Origin: Aquifex aeolicus VF5
GTDB taxonomy: Bacteria; Aquificota; Aquificia; Aquificales; Aquificaceae
Direction: 5' to 3'
Assembly (NCBI RefSeq): GCF_000008625.1
Contig: NC_000918.1
Coordinates: 1,320,001-1,352,000 of the forward strand
Length of the DNA stretch: 32,000 nt
Shown one piece after another: positions 12,824 through 20,751 of the stretch (positions within the stretch are counted from its first letter, which is position 1; the number at the start of each line of letters is the position of its first letter). A program made the translations under genes and the position numbers. The notes below the pieces were generated by a model that saw only the letters and a list, made by a program, of their open reading frames with translations, was not told where the DNA came from and searched no databases.

Positions 12824-13930
12824 CTAAAGTCTGTGGATCCTTCTCACAAAGTAAGAAATCACCTCGTACCACACCTTTACCACTTCCCAGTCTATAGCGA
12901 AGTAGTCGTCTAGCTGTGTGTGTCTGAGAGTAAAGGGATCTGATGAGAGAAAGAGTGTTTGTGCTCCCTTTTCTTTGAAGGGTACGTGGTCGCTCATTCC
13001 CGTCTTACTTTCCACAAAGGGTATATCCACCTTCATGTCCATCAAGTGTTTGAATAATTTTTCGTTGATGAGCCTTCCGTTTTCCCCGCTCGCGTCCTCG
13101 TACAGAACCGCCGGATTCTTCCAGCCTATAGAGTCGAGGTTTATCACGTAAAAGATATTCTTTGAGTGAAGGGCGTGGTGAGAAGCACCTTCCAGTCCTA
13201 GTTCTTCGCAATCCGTAAAGAGTATCCTTATCCTGAAGGGAATTTCCTGAAATCCCGCAAGTTCCCTTGACATCACGAGCAAAAGTGCTACGGAAAGACC
13301 GTTGTCTATAGCACCGTACACGAAGGGTTTTGTATCGTAATGAGCTACGAGCAAGAGCACGGGTCCCCTTCCGAACTCCACATAAAGGTTCTTCCCCTTT
13401 ATCTCCTTTTTCTCCGTTCTTATATCGAGGATTACGTTCTTTCCCTCAATTCTTTTGACTATTTCCCTAGTAGTGTTTACCGCAAAGAACTTTACGTCTC
13501 CTATAGTTCCAGAAAAGGGCACGTCCAGTTCTTCCAGAAAGGTTACCATTCCGGAAGCTTTTTTATCCCTTAAAAACTTCGCCTTTTCGGAGTCCCTCCT
13601 TCCCCCTACGGGCAGGGCTACTACCTTTCCCTTCAAATCCTTTTCTTCTTCAAGGTTTTTAAGGATTACTACTTCTCCCGATGTCTCTCCCCAAAGACTT
13701 CCGATGAGCGGAAAGGCCGGGAATTCTTCCCCTTCGCACTTTATCCTTGCAGAAACGGGAACGGTTTTAGTTACGGAAAAATCCTCCTCGTAAACCTTAA
13801 AACCTTTCCTCTTCAGATAATTTTTTATAAACTTCCTCGCTTCTTTATTCCCTTTAGTGCCGGAAAGCCTGTTTTTCCAACAAATCTCCTCGCATACTCT
13901 TTGAATTTCTTTTATCTTCTCACTTATCAT
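12824..13930 (-). CDS. M28-family metallo-aminopeptidase with a PA-like insert. No signal peptide seen.
   Basis: VAHYDT, GAIDNG, FTDCEELGLEG, INLDSIG and MSDHVPF give the M28 zinc-ligand pattern. Confidence 0.75.
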   Translation of the reverse strand: MISEKIKEIQRVCEEICWKNRLSGTKGNKEARKFIKNYLKRKGFKVYEEDFSVTKTVPVSARIKCEGEEFPAFPLIGSLWGETSGEVVILKNLEEEKDLKGKVVALPVGGRRDSEKAKFLRDKKASGMVTFLEELDVPFSGTIGDVKFFAVNTTREIVKRIEGKNVILDIRTEKKEIKGKNLYVEFGRGPVLLLVAHYDTKPFVYGAIDNGLSVALLLVMSRELAGFQEIPFRIRILFTDCEELGLEGASHHALHSKNIFYVINLDSIGWKNPAVLYEDASGENGRLINEKLFKHLMDMKVDIPFVESKTGMSDHVPFKEKGAQTLFLSSDPFTLRHTQLDDYFAIDWEVVKVWYEVISYFVRRIHRL

Positions 13931-14855
13931 AAACGGGCGTTAACCACTTTTTGTACCTCTGGATTTTCCCCCTTACTGCGTTAAAGTAAAACTCCTGAAG
14001 CTGTTTTGTTATAGGACCTATCTCTCCGTTTCCTATCTTCCTGTTGTCTATCTCTACCACGGGAGTCACTTCGGCAGCTGTCCCCGTCAAAAACACCTCG
14101 TCCGCGGTGTAAAGCTCACTCCTCGCTATTGGTCTTTCCTCCACCTCCACAACTAGTTCCTTTTTCAAAAGAGTTATTACCGCGTTCCTCGTTATGCCTT
14201 CAAGTATGTGTTCGTTGGGAGAAGGTGTTATGGCCTTTCCGTTTTTTATTATAAAGATATTTTCTCCCGAACCTTCCGCAACGTAGCCCTGAGAGTTGAG
14301 AAGTATAGCCTCGTCGTATCCAGACATGAGGGCTTCAGTCTTTGCAAGTGCACTGTTCACGTAGGCCCCCGCAACCTTCCAGCGGGATGGTATTGAGTTG
14401 TCGTCGTTCCTCCTCCAAGAAGAAACCTTTGCCCTTATACCCTTTGAAGTGTCTAGGTACCTGCCGAACCTGTAGAGGTATATCGCTATTTCGGGTGTGT
14501 AGTCTATTAACTTAGGAGTTAATTTCAAGTCCTTAAAGTAAGCTATAGGTCTTATGTAAACGTCCTCCCTTATCTCAGATTTTCTTAATATCTCTTTAGT
14601 AATTTCAACGAGTTCCTCAGCAGAGTAGTTTAATTCCATAAACAGACACCTTGCGTTAGTGAGGAGTCTTTCGTAGTGTTCCTTTGCAAAGAGGATGTAG
14701 AGTTGTTCCTCTTCTTCGTTCCAGTACGCCCTTATCCCTTCAAAGATGGCCGTGCCGTAGTGGAAGGAATTGGTCATTATGCTTATTTTTGCCTCTTCCA
14801 CGGGCACTATTTTGCCTTCGAAGAAAGCGAAATCCATGGAAAAAGATTTTAGCAT
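13920..14855 (-). CDS. ilvE: Branched-chain amino acid aminotransferase (class IV PLP enzyme)
   Basis: FHYGTAIFEGIRAY, YIRP, EGSGENIFIIKNG, GITR and LTGTAAEVTPV. The start is ambiguous between ATG 14855 and ATG 14837 (MDFAFFEG...), and neither has a clear SD. Confidence 0.88.
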   Translation of the reverse strand: MLKSFSMDFAFFEGKIVPVEEAKISIMTNSFHYGTAIFEGIRAYWNEEEEQLYILFAKEHYERLLTNARCLFMELNYSAEELVEITKEILRKSEIREDVYIRPIAYFKDLKLTPKLIDYTPEIAIYLYRFGRYLDTSKGIRAKVSSWRRNDDNSIPSRWKVAGAYVNSALAKTEALMSGYDEAILLNSQGYVAEGSGENIFIIKNGKAITPSPNEHILEGITRNAVITLLKKELVVEVEERPIARSELYTADEVFLTGTAAEVTPVVEIDNRKIGNGEIGPITKQLQEFYFNAVRGKIQRYKKWLTPVYDK

Positions 14856-14907
14856 TTTTCAAGGAAATAAGTTAAACTTAAAGTATAAAAGGCAAAGGGA
14901 GGAAGTT

Positions 14908-15483
14908 ATGCAAAAAAAACACAGGCTTATTTTCCTCGCAACGGTTTTAGCCGGTTTGATACTATTCTACTTCGGTGTGGACACGTGGATGAAACAAAAA
15001 CAGGTTCAGCAAAACCAGCCTCCTCCCATAGTCATAAAGCCGGTAGCTCCCGTAAAGCCAAAAACTCAAGAAAGTAATCAAACTACAAAGAAAGAGGTAA
15101 AACAGGAGGAACAAAAGAAGGAAGAACCTAAAAAGATGGTACAAAAGCAAGAAACGCAGGAAAAGAGGGAAGTAAAAAAATCCGAGAAGAATGAGGTAAA
15201 GCAGACTCAGGAGAAAAAAGATGTAAAGGTTGCGAAAAAGGTTCCAAAAACAGAAAAGAAGGCTGCGAATTTAAGAACGTACAAGTTTCAGGTGGGGGCA
15301 TTTCGCTACAGGGAAAACGCTTACAAAATGGCAAAAATCGTGAGGAGTAAAGGTTTTGACGCTCAAGTTGTTAAGGTTGGAAGTCTTTACAGAGTTTACG
15401 CCTACGTTAAGGCTAAAAATTACTGGGAAGCGAAAAGAGAAATTAAGAAGCACTTTAAGGATGCTATATTTGTAAGGAAATGA
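14908..15483 (+). CDS. Membrane-anchored SPOR-domain protein with a K/E/Q-rich linker
   Basis: SD GGGAGG at 14897-14902 sits before ATG 14908. TM segment LIFLATVLAGLILFYFGV. C-terminal SPOR-like YKFQVGAFRYRENAYKMAKIVRSKGFDAQVVKVGSLYRVYAY. The track's start at 14770 is antisense to the ilvE N-terminus and is rejected. Confidence 0.75.
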   Translation: MQKKHRLIFLATVLAGLILFYFGVDTWMKQKQVQQNQPPPIVIKPVAPVKPKTQESNQTTKKEVKQEEQKKEEPKKMVQKQETQEKREVKKSEKNEVKQTQEKKDVKVAKKVPKTEKKAANLRTYKFQVGAFRYRENAYKMAKIVRSKGFDAQVVKVGSLYRVYAYVKAKNYWEAKREIKKHFKDAIFVRK

Positions 15484-16508
15484 AAAAGGTTCTTTTACTG
15501 CTCTCTTTAATCTTACTCCTATCCTGTTTTCCCAAAGTAGAACAACGTCACTGGAAGGTTTACTACGATCTCGGAACCGCAGCTTTTGCGGCGAGGAATT
15601 ACTCGGAAGCCATCGCAAACTTCCACAAGGCTTTGAGGGCAAACCCGGACGAACCGAGGATATGGAACGCCCTCGGGCTCGCCTACATGGAGGCAAAGGA
15701 GTACAAAAAGGCGGAGGAGAGTTTTAAAAAAGCCCTTTCCATAAACCCGAACTACTCGGAAGCCAGAAAGAATTTAGGTATTCTTTACTACAAACTGGGA
15801 AGGTACGAAGAAGCCCTGAAGTACCTTCAGGAAGCGGCAAACGACGAGTACTACGAAAAGAAACACGAAGCCTTTTATTACTTGGCGAAGGTATACGAGG
15901 CAAAGCAGGACCTTAAAAATTACGTCAGGTATTTAGAAAAGGCGGTAGCCTACAACCCTAACTTTGTTCAGGCTCAGCTCGAACTTGCACAGGCTTACGA
16001 GAATTTAGGAAAGTACGAGGAGGCAGAAAAGATTTACAAAAGTCTTCTTTTGAACGGCTTTAATAAGCCATTTCTCAAGTACAAACTCGCGGAAGTTTAC
16101 TATAAGAAAGGAGATTACGAAAGGGCGAGGGAAATTATAAAGGAGCTCCTCTACAAGGAAAACCTCACCAACGAGCAGAGGGAAAAGGTAAAGGAACTCC
16201 TCACAAAAGTCCTCCTCGCTCAGCAGAGAAAACTCATAATCCCAAGAGTGCATAAACCTATTAAAAAAGAAGAAAAGAAAAAGGAAAAGTACTACGCGGT
16301 GCAACTGGGAGCCTTTTCAACGAAGGAAAGGGCGGATAAACTCGTTCAAGAGCTAAAAAGTAAAGGTTTGAGGGATTTAAGAATCCTTCCCACTGACGGC
16401 GTTTACAAGGTAATTTACGGAAGGTTTGAAACACCAGAAGAAGCCAGAAGAGCAAAGGAAGAGGTGAAAAAACTCGGAATTTACGGATTCGTCGTTGAAA
16501 TCAAGTGA
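15480..16508 (+). CDS. Lipoprotein with PilF/PilW-like TPR repeats fused to a C-terminal SPOR domain
   Basis: ATGA overlap with the previous gene. Lipobox LLLSC after MKKVLLLLSLI. About 6 TPR units (e.g. EAIANFHKALRANPDEPRIWNALGLAY). C-terminal YYAVQLGAFSTKERADKLVQELKSKG...YKVIYGRFETPEEA is a SPOR domain. Confidence 0.78.
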   Translation: MKKVLLLLSLILLLSCFPKVEQRHWKVYYDLGTAAFAARNYSEAIANFHKALRANPDEPRIWNALGLAYMEAKEYKKAEESFKKALSINPNYSEARKNLGILYYKLGRYEEALKYLQEAANDEYYEKKHEAFYYLAKVYEAKQDLKNYVRYLEKAVAYNPNFVQAQLELAQAYENLGKYEEAEKIYKSLLLNGFNKPFLKYKLAEVYYKKGDYERAREIIKELLYKENLTNEQREKVKELLTKVLLAQQRKLIIPRVHKPIKKEEKKKEKYYAVQLGAFSTKERADKLVQELKSKGLRDLRILPTDGVYKVIYGRFETPEEARRAKEEVKKLGIYGFVVEIK

Positions 16509-17356
16509 GCGAACTTCCTCTTATAGGATTTCAAAGTGTTTAAAAGAAGTGCGGTTACCGTCATAGGTCCTACTCCCCCCGGAACCGGCGTTATGGCACT
16601 CGCCTTCTCCTTTACTCTTTCAAAATCAACGTCACCGACTATCTTCCCGTTTAACCTTGAAATTCCGACATCTACGACCACCGCGCCTTCCTTTATCATG
16701 TCTTCCTTTATGAGGTGAGGAACTCCCGTTGCGGAGATGAGTATATCAGCCTCTTTGGTGAACTTTTTAACGTCTTTCGTATGAATGTGGCACACGCTTA
16801 CCGTTGCGTTCCTCCAGAGCATCAAAAGGCTTAAGGGCCTTCCCACTATAAAGCCTGCTCCCACTATGGTAACGTCTTTTCCTTTTACGTCTATACCGTA
16901 GTGCTTTAGCAGGATGTCTATACCGAGGGGTGTGCAGGGTATAAAGCCGTCCTCTATCTGTGCTACGAGTTTTCCCATATTTTCGGGGTGAAAGCCGTCC
17001 ACGTCCTTTTCGGGGGATATAGAAAGGATTACCCTCGTCTGGTCTATGTGCTTTGGAAGGGGAAGTTGAACGAGTATTCCGTCCACCTCTTCGTTCATGT
17101 TGAGTTCGTATATAAGTCCGAGGAGTTTTTCTTCTGAAACGTCCTGCGGAAGATGATAAAAAAGAGACTTTATTCCAACCTTTTCGCAGGCTTTCCTTTT
17201 GTTGTTCACGTATATCTCGCTTGCAGGGTCGTTTCCTACAAGTATAACGGCGAGTGCGGGCGGTCTGAAACCCTTTGAAGTAAAATTTTCCACCTCCTTC
17301 TTTATTTCTTCCCTTATCTTCTTTGAGAGGCTCTTTCCGTCAAGTATTAGAGCCAT
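16481..17356 (-). CDS. folD: Bifunctional methylenetetrahydrofolate dehydrogenase/cyclohydrolase
   Basis: ILDGK, PALAVILVGNDPAS.IYV, GILVQLPLP, DVDGFHP, PCTP and PVPGGVGPMT motifs. Confidence 0.93.
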   Translation of the reverse strand: MALILDGKSLSKKIREEIKKEVENFTSKGFRPPALAVILVGNDPASEIYVNNKRKACEKVGIKSLFYHLPQDVSEEKLLGLIYELNMNEEVDGILVQLPLPKHIDQTRVILSISPEKDVDGFHPENMGKLVAQIEDGFIPCTPLGIDILLKHYGIDVKGKDVTIVGAGFIVGRPLSLLMLWRNATVSVCHIHTKDVKKFTKEADILISATGVPHLIKEDMIKEGAVVVDVGISRLNGKIVGDVDFERVKEKASAITPVPGGVGPMTVTALLLNTLKSYKRKFAHLISTTNP

Positions 17357-18308
17357 CTTTATCCACCCCGTTGAAGTTTATTTTCTCCTCAATTATGTAA
17401 GGTTTTTCTCCCCTGCTTTCGTAGTACGTCCTGACAATTAGTTCCGCTATAATCCCGGTGGATATAAGTTGAATACCGGAAAGTATTAAAAGGACTCCCA
17501 GGATGAGCAGAGGCCTGTTTCCTATGTTTTCCCCGAAGAAGAGTTTCAAAACCGTAAGGTAAAGCCCAATTAAAAATCCCAGAGTGAAAAGTATAAAACC
17601 TATCCCACCGAATACGTAAAGAGGTCTTGTTATATACTCGTTTAGGAACTTAACAAGGAAAATGTCCAGTATAACCCTTATTGTCCTGTCTATTCCGTAC
17701 TTTGACCTTCCGTATAGCCTCGGGTGGTGCCTTACGGGGATTTCTGTTATCTTTGCACCGAAGCGTTTTGCAAGAGCTGGTAGAAACCTGTGCATATCGC
17801 CGTACAGCCTGTACATCTTTGCTATGTCAGCCTTGTAAGCTTTAAGTGTACATCCGTAGTCGTGGAGTTCTACTCCCGTTACTTTTGAAATGATCCAGTT
17901 TGCTATCTTTGAAGGGAGTTTTCTCGAGAGGAAGGGATCTTTTCTATCCTTTCTCCAACCGCTCACTATGTCGTAGCCTTCTTTCATCTTCTCCAGGAGT
18001 TTAGGAATGTCTTCTGGATCGTTCTGGAGATCCGCGTCCATGGTTATTATCACATCTCCCTTTGCGTGTTCAAATCCCGCGTATATGGCAGCGGTTTGCC
18101 CGTAATTCCTCCTAAACCTTATTACCTTTACCTTTTTATCCTTATTCGCTATTTCCTTTAAAATTTCAGGAGTCCTATCTGTTGAACCGTCGTCTACGAA
18201 TATTATTTCGTAGTCTTCTCCCAAAGAATCAAGAACCTTCTTTAACTTCTCGTAAAGAACGGGAATATTTTCTTCCTCGTTGTAGGCGGGAATGACGACC
18301 GAAATCAT
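17340..18308 (-). CDS. GT2-family polyprenyl-phosphate glycosyltransferase (GtrB/ArnC/DPM1-like) with two C-terminal TM helices
   Basis: VVIPAYNEEENI, FVDDGSTD, MDADLQNDPEDI, then two hydrophobic segments near the C-terminus. Confidence 0.85.
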   Translation of the reverse strand: MISVVIPAYNEEENIPVLYEKLKKVLDSLGEDYEIIFVDDGSTDRTPEILKEIANKDKKVKVIRFRRNYGQTAAIYAGFEHAKGDVIITMDADLQNDPEDIPKLLEKMKEGYDIVSGWRKDRKDPFLSRKLPSKIANWIISKVTGVELHDYGCTLKAYKADIAKMYRLYGDMHRFLPALAKRFGAKITEIPVRHHPRLYGRSKYGIDRTIRVILDIFLVKFLNEYITRPLYVFGGIGFILFTLGFLIGLYLTVLKLFFGENIGNRPLLILGVLLILSGIQLISTGIIAELIVRTYYESRGEKPYIIEEKINFNGVDKDGSNT

Positions 18309-18318
18309 TAGAAGAAGT

Positions 18319-18328
18319 ATTTTATCTT
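18319..18328. promoter_or_regulatory. Back-to-back, overlapping -10-like boxes in the 27-bp divergent intergenic region
   Basis: Minus-strand TAAAAT (18324-18319) lies 10 nt from the GT2 ATG (18308). Plus-strand TATCTT (18323-18328) lies 7 nt from ATG 18336. Neither gene has an SD. Confidence 0.3.
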
Positions 18329-18335
18329 AATTTGT

Positions 18336-18842
18336 ATGAAAAGGATTATCGCTCTTTTGTTTTTCTTCCTTATAGCTTTCGGATACTCACTCAGCCCTGA
18401 GGAAGAAAAGCAGTTAATAAGGGATATAGCGGAGATAAAGGCTACCCTTAAAACTTTCATGGAACAGACGGACAAGAGATTTCAGGACCTTAACCAAAGA
18501 ATAAACGAACTCAGAGAAGACATGAACAAAAGGTTTGAGCAGGTAGACAAGAGGTTTGAACAGGTAGACAAAAGATTTGAGCAGATAAACAATGAACTGA
18601 ACCGGCTCATACAGATAATGGTGGGGATATTCGCGGGACAGATAGCTTTAGTGGCAGCGGTTATAGGTTTTGCATGGTGGGACAGGAGAACGATTATAAG
18701 GAAGTCTAAGGAAGAAACCTTTGAAGAGATGGAAAAGGAATTAAGACCTGAAAAGTTCAAGAAACTCCTCAACGCCCTCAGAGAAAAGGCAAAAACCGAT
18801 AAAGAACTGGAAGCGATACTTAAAAAATACGGTTTGTTGTAA
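18336..18842 (+). CDS. Hypothetical 2-TM protein with a heptad-repeat coiled coil (KRFEQVD repeats) and a short cytoplasmic helical tail
   Basis: N-terminal TM (IIALLFFFLIAFGY), coiled coil DKRFQDLNQRINELREDMNKRFEQVDKRFEQVDKRFEQINNELNRL, TM2 (IFAGQIALVAAVIGFAWW), then a positive patch (DRRTIIRKSK) and a 50-aa tail. Confidence 0.7.
   Translation: MKRIIALLFFFLIAFGYSLSPEEEKQLIRDIAEIKATLKTFMEQTDKRFQDLNQRINELREDMNKRFEQVDKRFEQVDKRFEQINNELNRLIQIMVGIFAGQIALVAAVIGFAWWDRRTIIRKSKEETFEEMEKELRPEKFKKLLNALREKAKTDKELEAILKKYGLL
18528..18590 (+). repeat. Three in-frame 21-bp tandem repeats encoding KRFEQVD / KRFEQVD / KRFEQIN
   Basis: aaaaggtttgagcaggtagac (18528-18548), aagaggtttgaacaggtagac (18549-18569), aaaagatttgagcagataaac (18570-18590). 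Read directly from the sequence. Confidence 0.9.
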
Positions 18843-18854
18843 GTTTTTAATAAT

Positions 18855-19262
18855 ATGAAACTCCTTGATACTACCGTACTCCTGGACTTCCTCTCGGGGG
18901 AAGAAGAGAAAGTGGAAACAATAGAGCAATTTTTTGAAGAGCTTTCCCAAAAAGGTGAAAAATTGTTCGTTCCCGAAGAGGTCATAATAGAACTCGTTTA
19001 CTTTCTGGAGCACGGATACAAATGGGAGAGGGAGGACATTTACGAAGTAGTTGAGACTATCTTAAACGACGAGCTCTTTAACGTAGAACTAAAACCCTTT
19101 ATAAGGGAGGCTATCAAGCTTTACTCAAAGAGACAGGGGACTTTCTTGGATTGTCTAAAGAGCGTAAAGGCTAAAAAGATGGGAATTAAGGAAGTGGTTT
19201 CCTTCGGGAGGAGGTTTAAAAAGCTCGGCTTCAAAACTGTAAACCCTTACGAGGAGAGTTAA
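18855..19262 (+). CDS. PIN-domain (VapC-like) protein with a partly degenerate acidic tetrad
   Basis: MKLLDTTVLLDFL (first Asp), PEEVIIEL (Glu), TFLDCL (third Asp). The usual T-x-D-x-D-F is replaced by SFGRRF. 135 aa is a typical PIN size. Confidence 0.7.
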   Translation: MKLLDTTVLLDFLSGEEEKVETIEQFFEELSQKGEKLFVPEEVIIELVYFLEHGYKWEREDIYEVVETILNDELFNVELKPFIREAIKLYSKRQGTFLDCLKSVKAKKMGIKEVVSFGRRFKKLGFKTVNPYEES

Positions 19263-19275
19263 AATTATTACTTCC

Positions 19276-20724
19276 ATGGAACTCATCTTTGAAAAATCCA
19301 AAAAGGGAAGGAAAGGTTATAAACTTCCAGAGCTGGACGTTGAAGAGGTAAATATAAAAGAATACCTTCCGGAAGAGTACTTAAGGGAAGAGCTTGACTT
19401 TCCAGAGGTTTCGGAGCTCGACGTTGTCCGCCATTACACTAACCTATCACACCTGAACTACGCCGTTGACACGACTATGGTTCCTCTCGGCTCCTGCACT
19501 ATGAAGTACAACCCGAGAATAAACGAGGAACTCGTAAATAAAAAGGAATTCTTAAACGTCCACCCGTTAACCCCAGAGGAGTACATACAGCCCCTTTTAA
19601 AGCTCGTGTACGAGTTAAAGGAACTTTTAAAGGAACTTGGAGGTTTTGCAGAAGTTTCCCTCCAGCCTGCAGCGGGAGCACACGGTGAACTCCTCGGACT
19701 TCTGCTCATTCACGCATACCATCAGGATAGGGGAAATAAAGAGAAGAAAGTGGTTTTAATCCCCGACTCCGCTCACGGAACCAACCCAGCGAGTGCTGCT
19801 ATATGCGGATTTGATATAAAGGTAGTAAAGAGCGACAAGAAGGGAGAACTTGATTTCGAAGACTTTATAAAGAAACTGGATGAGAGAGTTGCCGCTTTAA
19901 TGATAACGAACCCGAATACTTTGGGGATTTTCGAGAGGAAAATAAAAGAGATAGCTGAGGAGCTTCACAAAAGGGACGCTCTCCTTTACATGGACGGGGC
20001 AAACTTCAATGCCTTGGTTGGTAGGTTCAAACCAGGAGAGTGGGGAGTTGACGTTATGCACTTTAACCTTCACAAAACCTTCTCAACACCCCACGGAGGG
20101 GGAGGACCCGGAGCAGGACCCGTGGGCGTATCGGAGAGGTTAAAACCCTACCTCCCCGTTCCACAGATTGAGTACGACGGGAAAAAATACTACCTTAACT
20201 GGAATATAGAAAAGAGCGTAGGGAAGATCCTCGCCTTTCACGGACACTTCCTCGTCTGGCTGAAAGCCCTCGCTTACATACTCACCTACGGAAAAGACAT
20301 AAAGAAAGTTTCCGAGTACGCAGTCCTGAATGCGAGGTATTTAAAGCACCTGCTTAAAGGCGTGTTTAAGGACCCTTACCCTGAATCTCCCTGCATGCAC
20401 GAGTTTGTTCTCTCGGCTACTAACCTTACAAAGTACGGCGTCAGGGCTTCCGACGTTGCAAAGAGAATACTAGACTACGGCTTTTACGCTCCCACCATGT
20501 ACTTCCCCTTAATAGTCAGAGAAGCCTTAATGATAGAACCCACGGAAACGGAAAATCCCGACACTTTGAAAAAGTTCGCCCTAATTTTAAGGAAAATCGT
20601 TAAGGAAGCCAAGGAAAAGCCCGAAATTCTTAAGAAAGCTCCCCACAGGACACCCGTGAGGAGGATAAAGGAGGCAGAAGCCAACAGGAACTTAATCTTG
20701 AAGTTTAAAGATATAAAGGAATAG
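19276..20724 (+). CDS. gcvPB: Glycine dehydrogenase (decarboxylating) subunit 2, glycine cleavage P-protein beta
   Basis: LGSCTMKYNP, PDSAHGTNPASA and the PLP-lysine motif HFNLHKTFSTPHGGGGPGAGP. Confidence 0.93.
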   Translation: MELIFEKSKKGRKGYKLPELDVEEVNIKEYLPEEYLREELDFPEVSELDVVRHYTNLSHLNYAVDTTMVPLGSCTMKYNPRINEELVNKKEFLNVHPLTPEEYIQPLLKLVYELKELLKELGGFAEVSLQPAAGAHGELLGLLLIHAYHQDRGNKEKKVVLIPDSAHGTNPASAAICGFDIKVVKSDKKGELDFEDFIKKLDERVAALMITNPNTLGIFERKIKEIAEELHKRDALLYMDGANFNALVGRFKPGEWGVDVMHFNLHKTFSTPHGGGGPGAGPVGVSERLKPYLPVPQIEYDGKKYYLNWNIEKSVGKILAFHGHFLVWLKALAYILTYGKDIKKVSEYAVLNARYLKHLLKGVFKDPYPESPCMHEFVLSATNLTKYGVRASDVAKRILDYGFYAPTMYFPLIVREALMIEPTETENPDTLKKFALILRKIVKEAKEKPEILKKAPHRTPVRRIKEAEANRNLILKFKDIKE

Positions 20725-20751
20725 AATTTAAATTTCTCGGAGGTAAAGACC

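Noticed and set aside
14770-14907. Upstream extension of the SPOR-protein ORF (ORF-track start at 14770)
   Set aside because: The extension is antisense to the ilvE N-terminus and lacks an SD. ATG 14908 is preceded by GGGAGG and begins a sensible sequence of positive residues followed by a TM segment.
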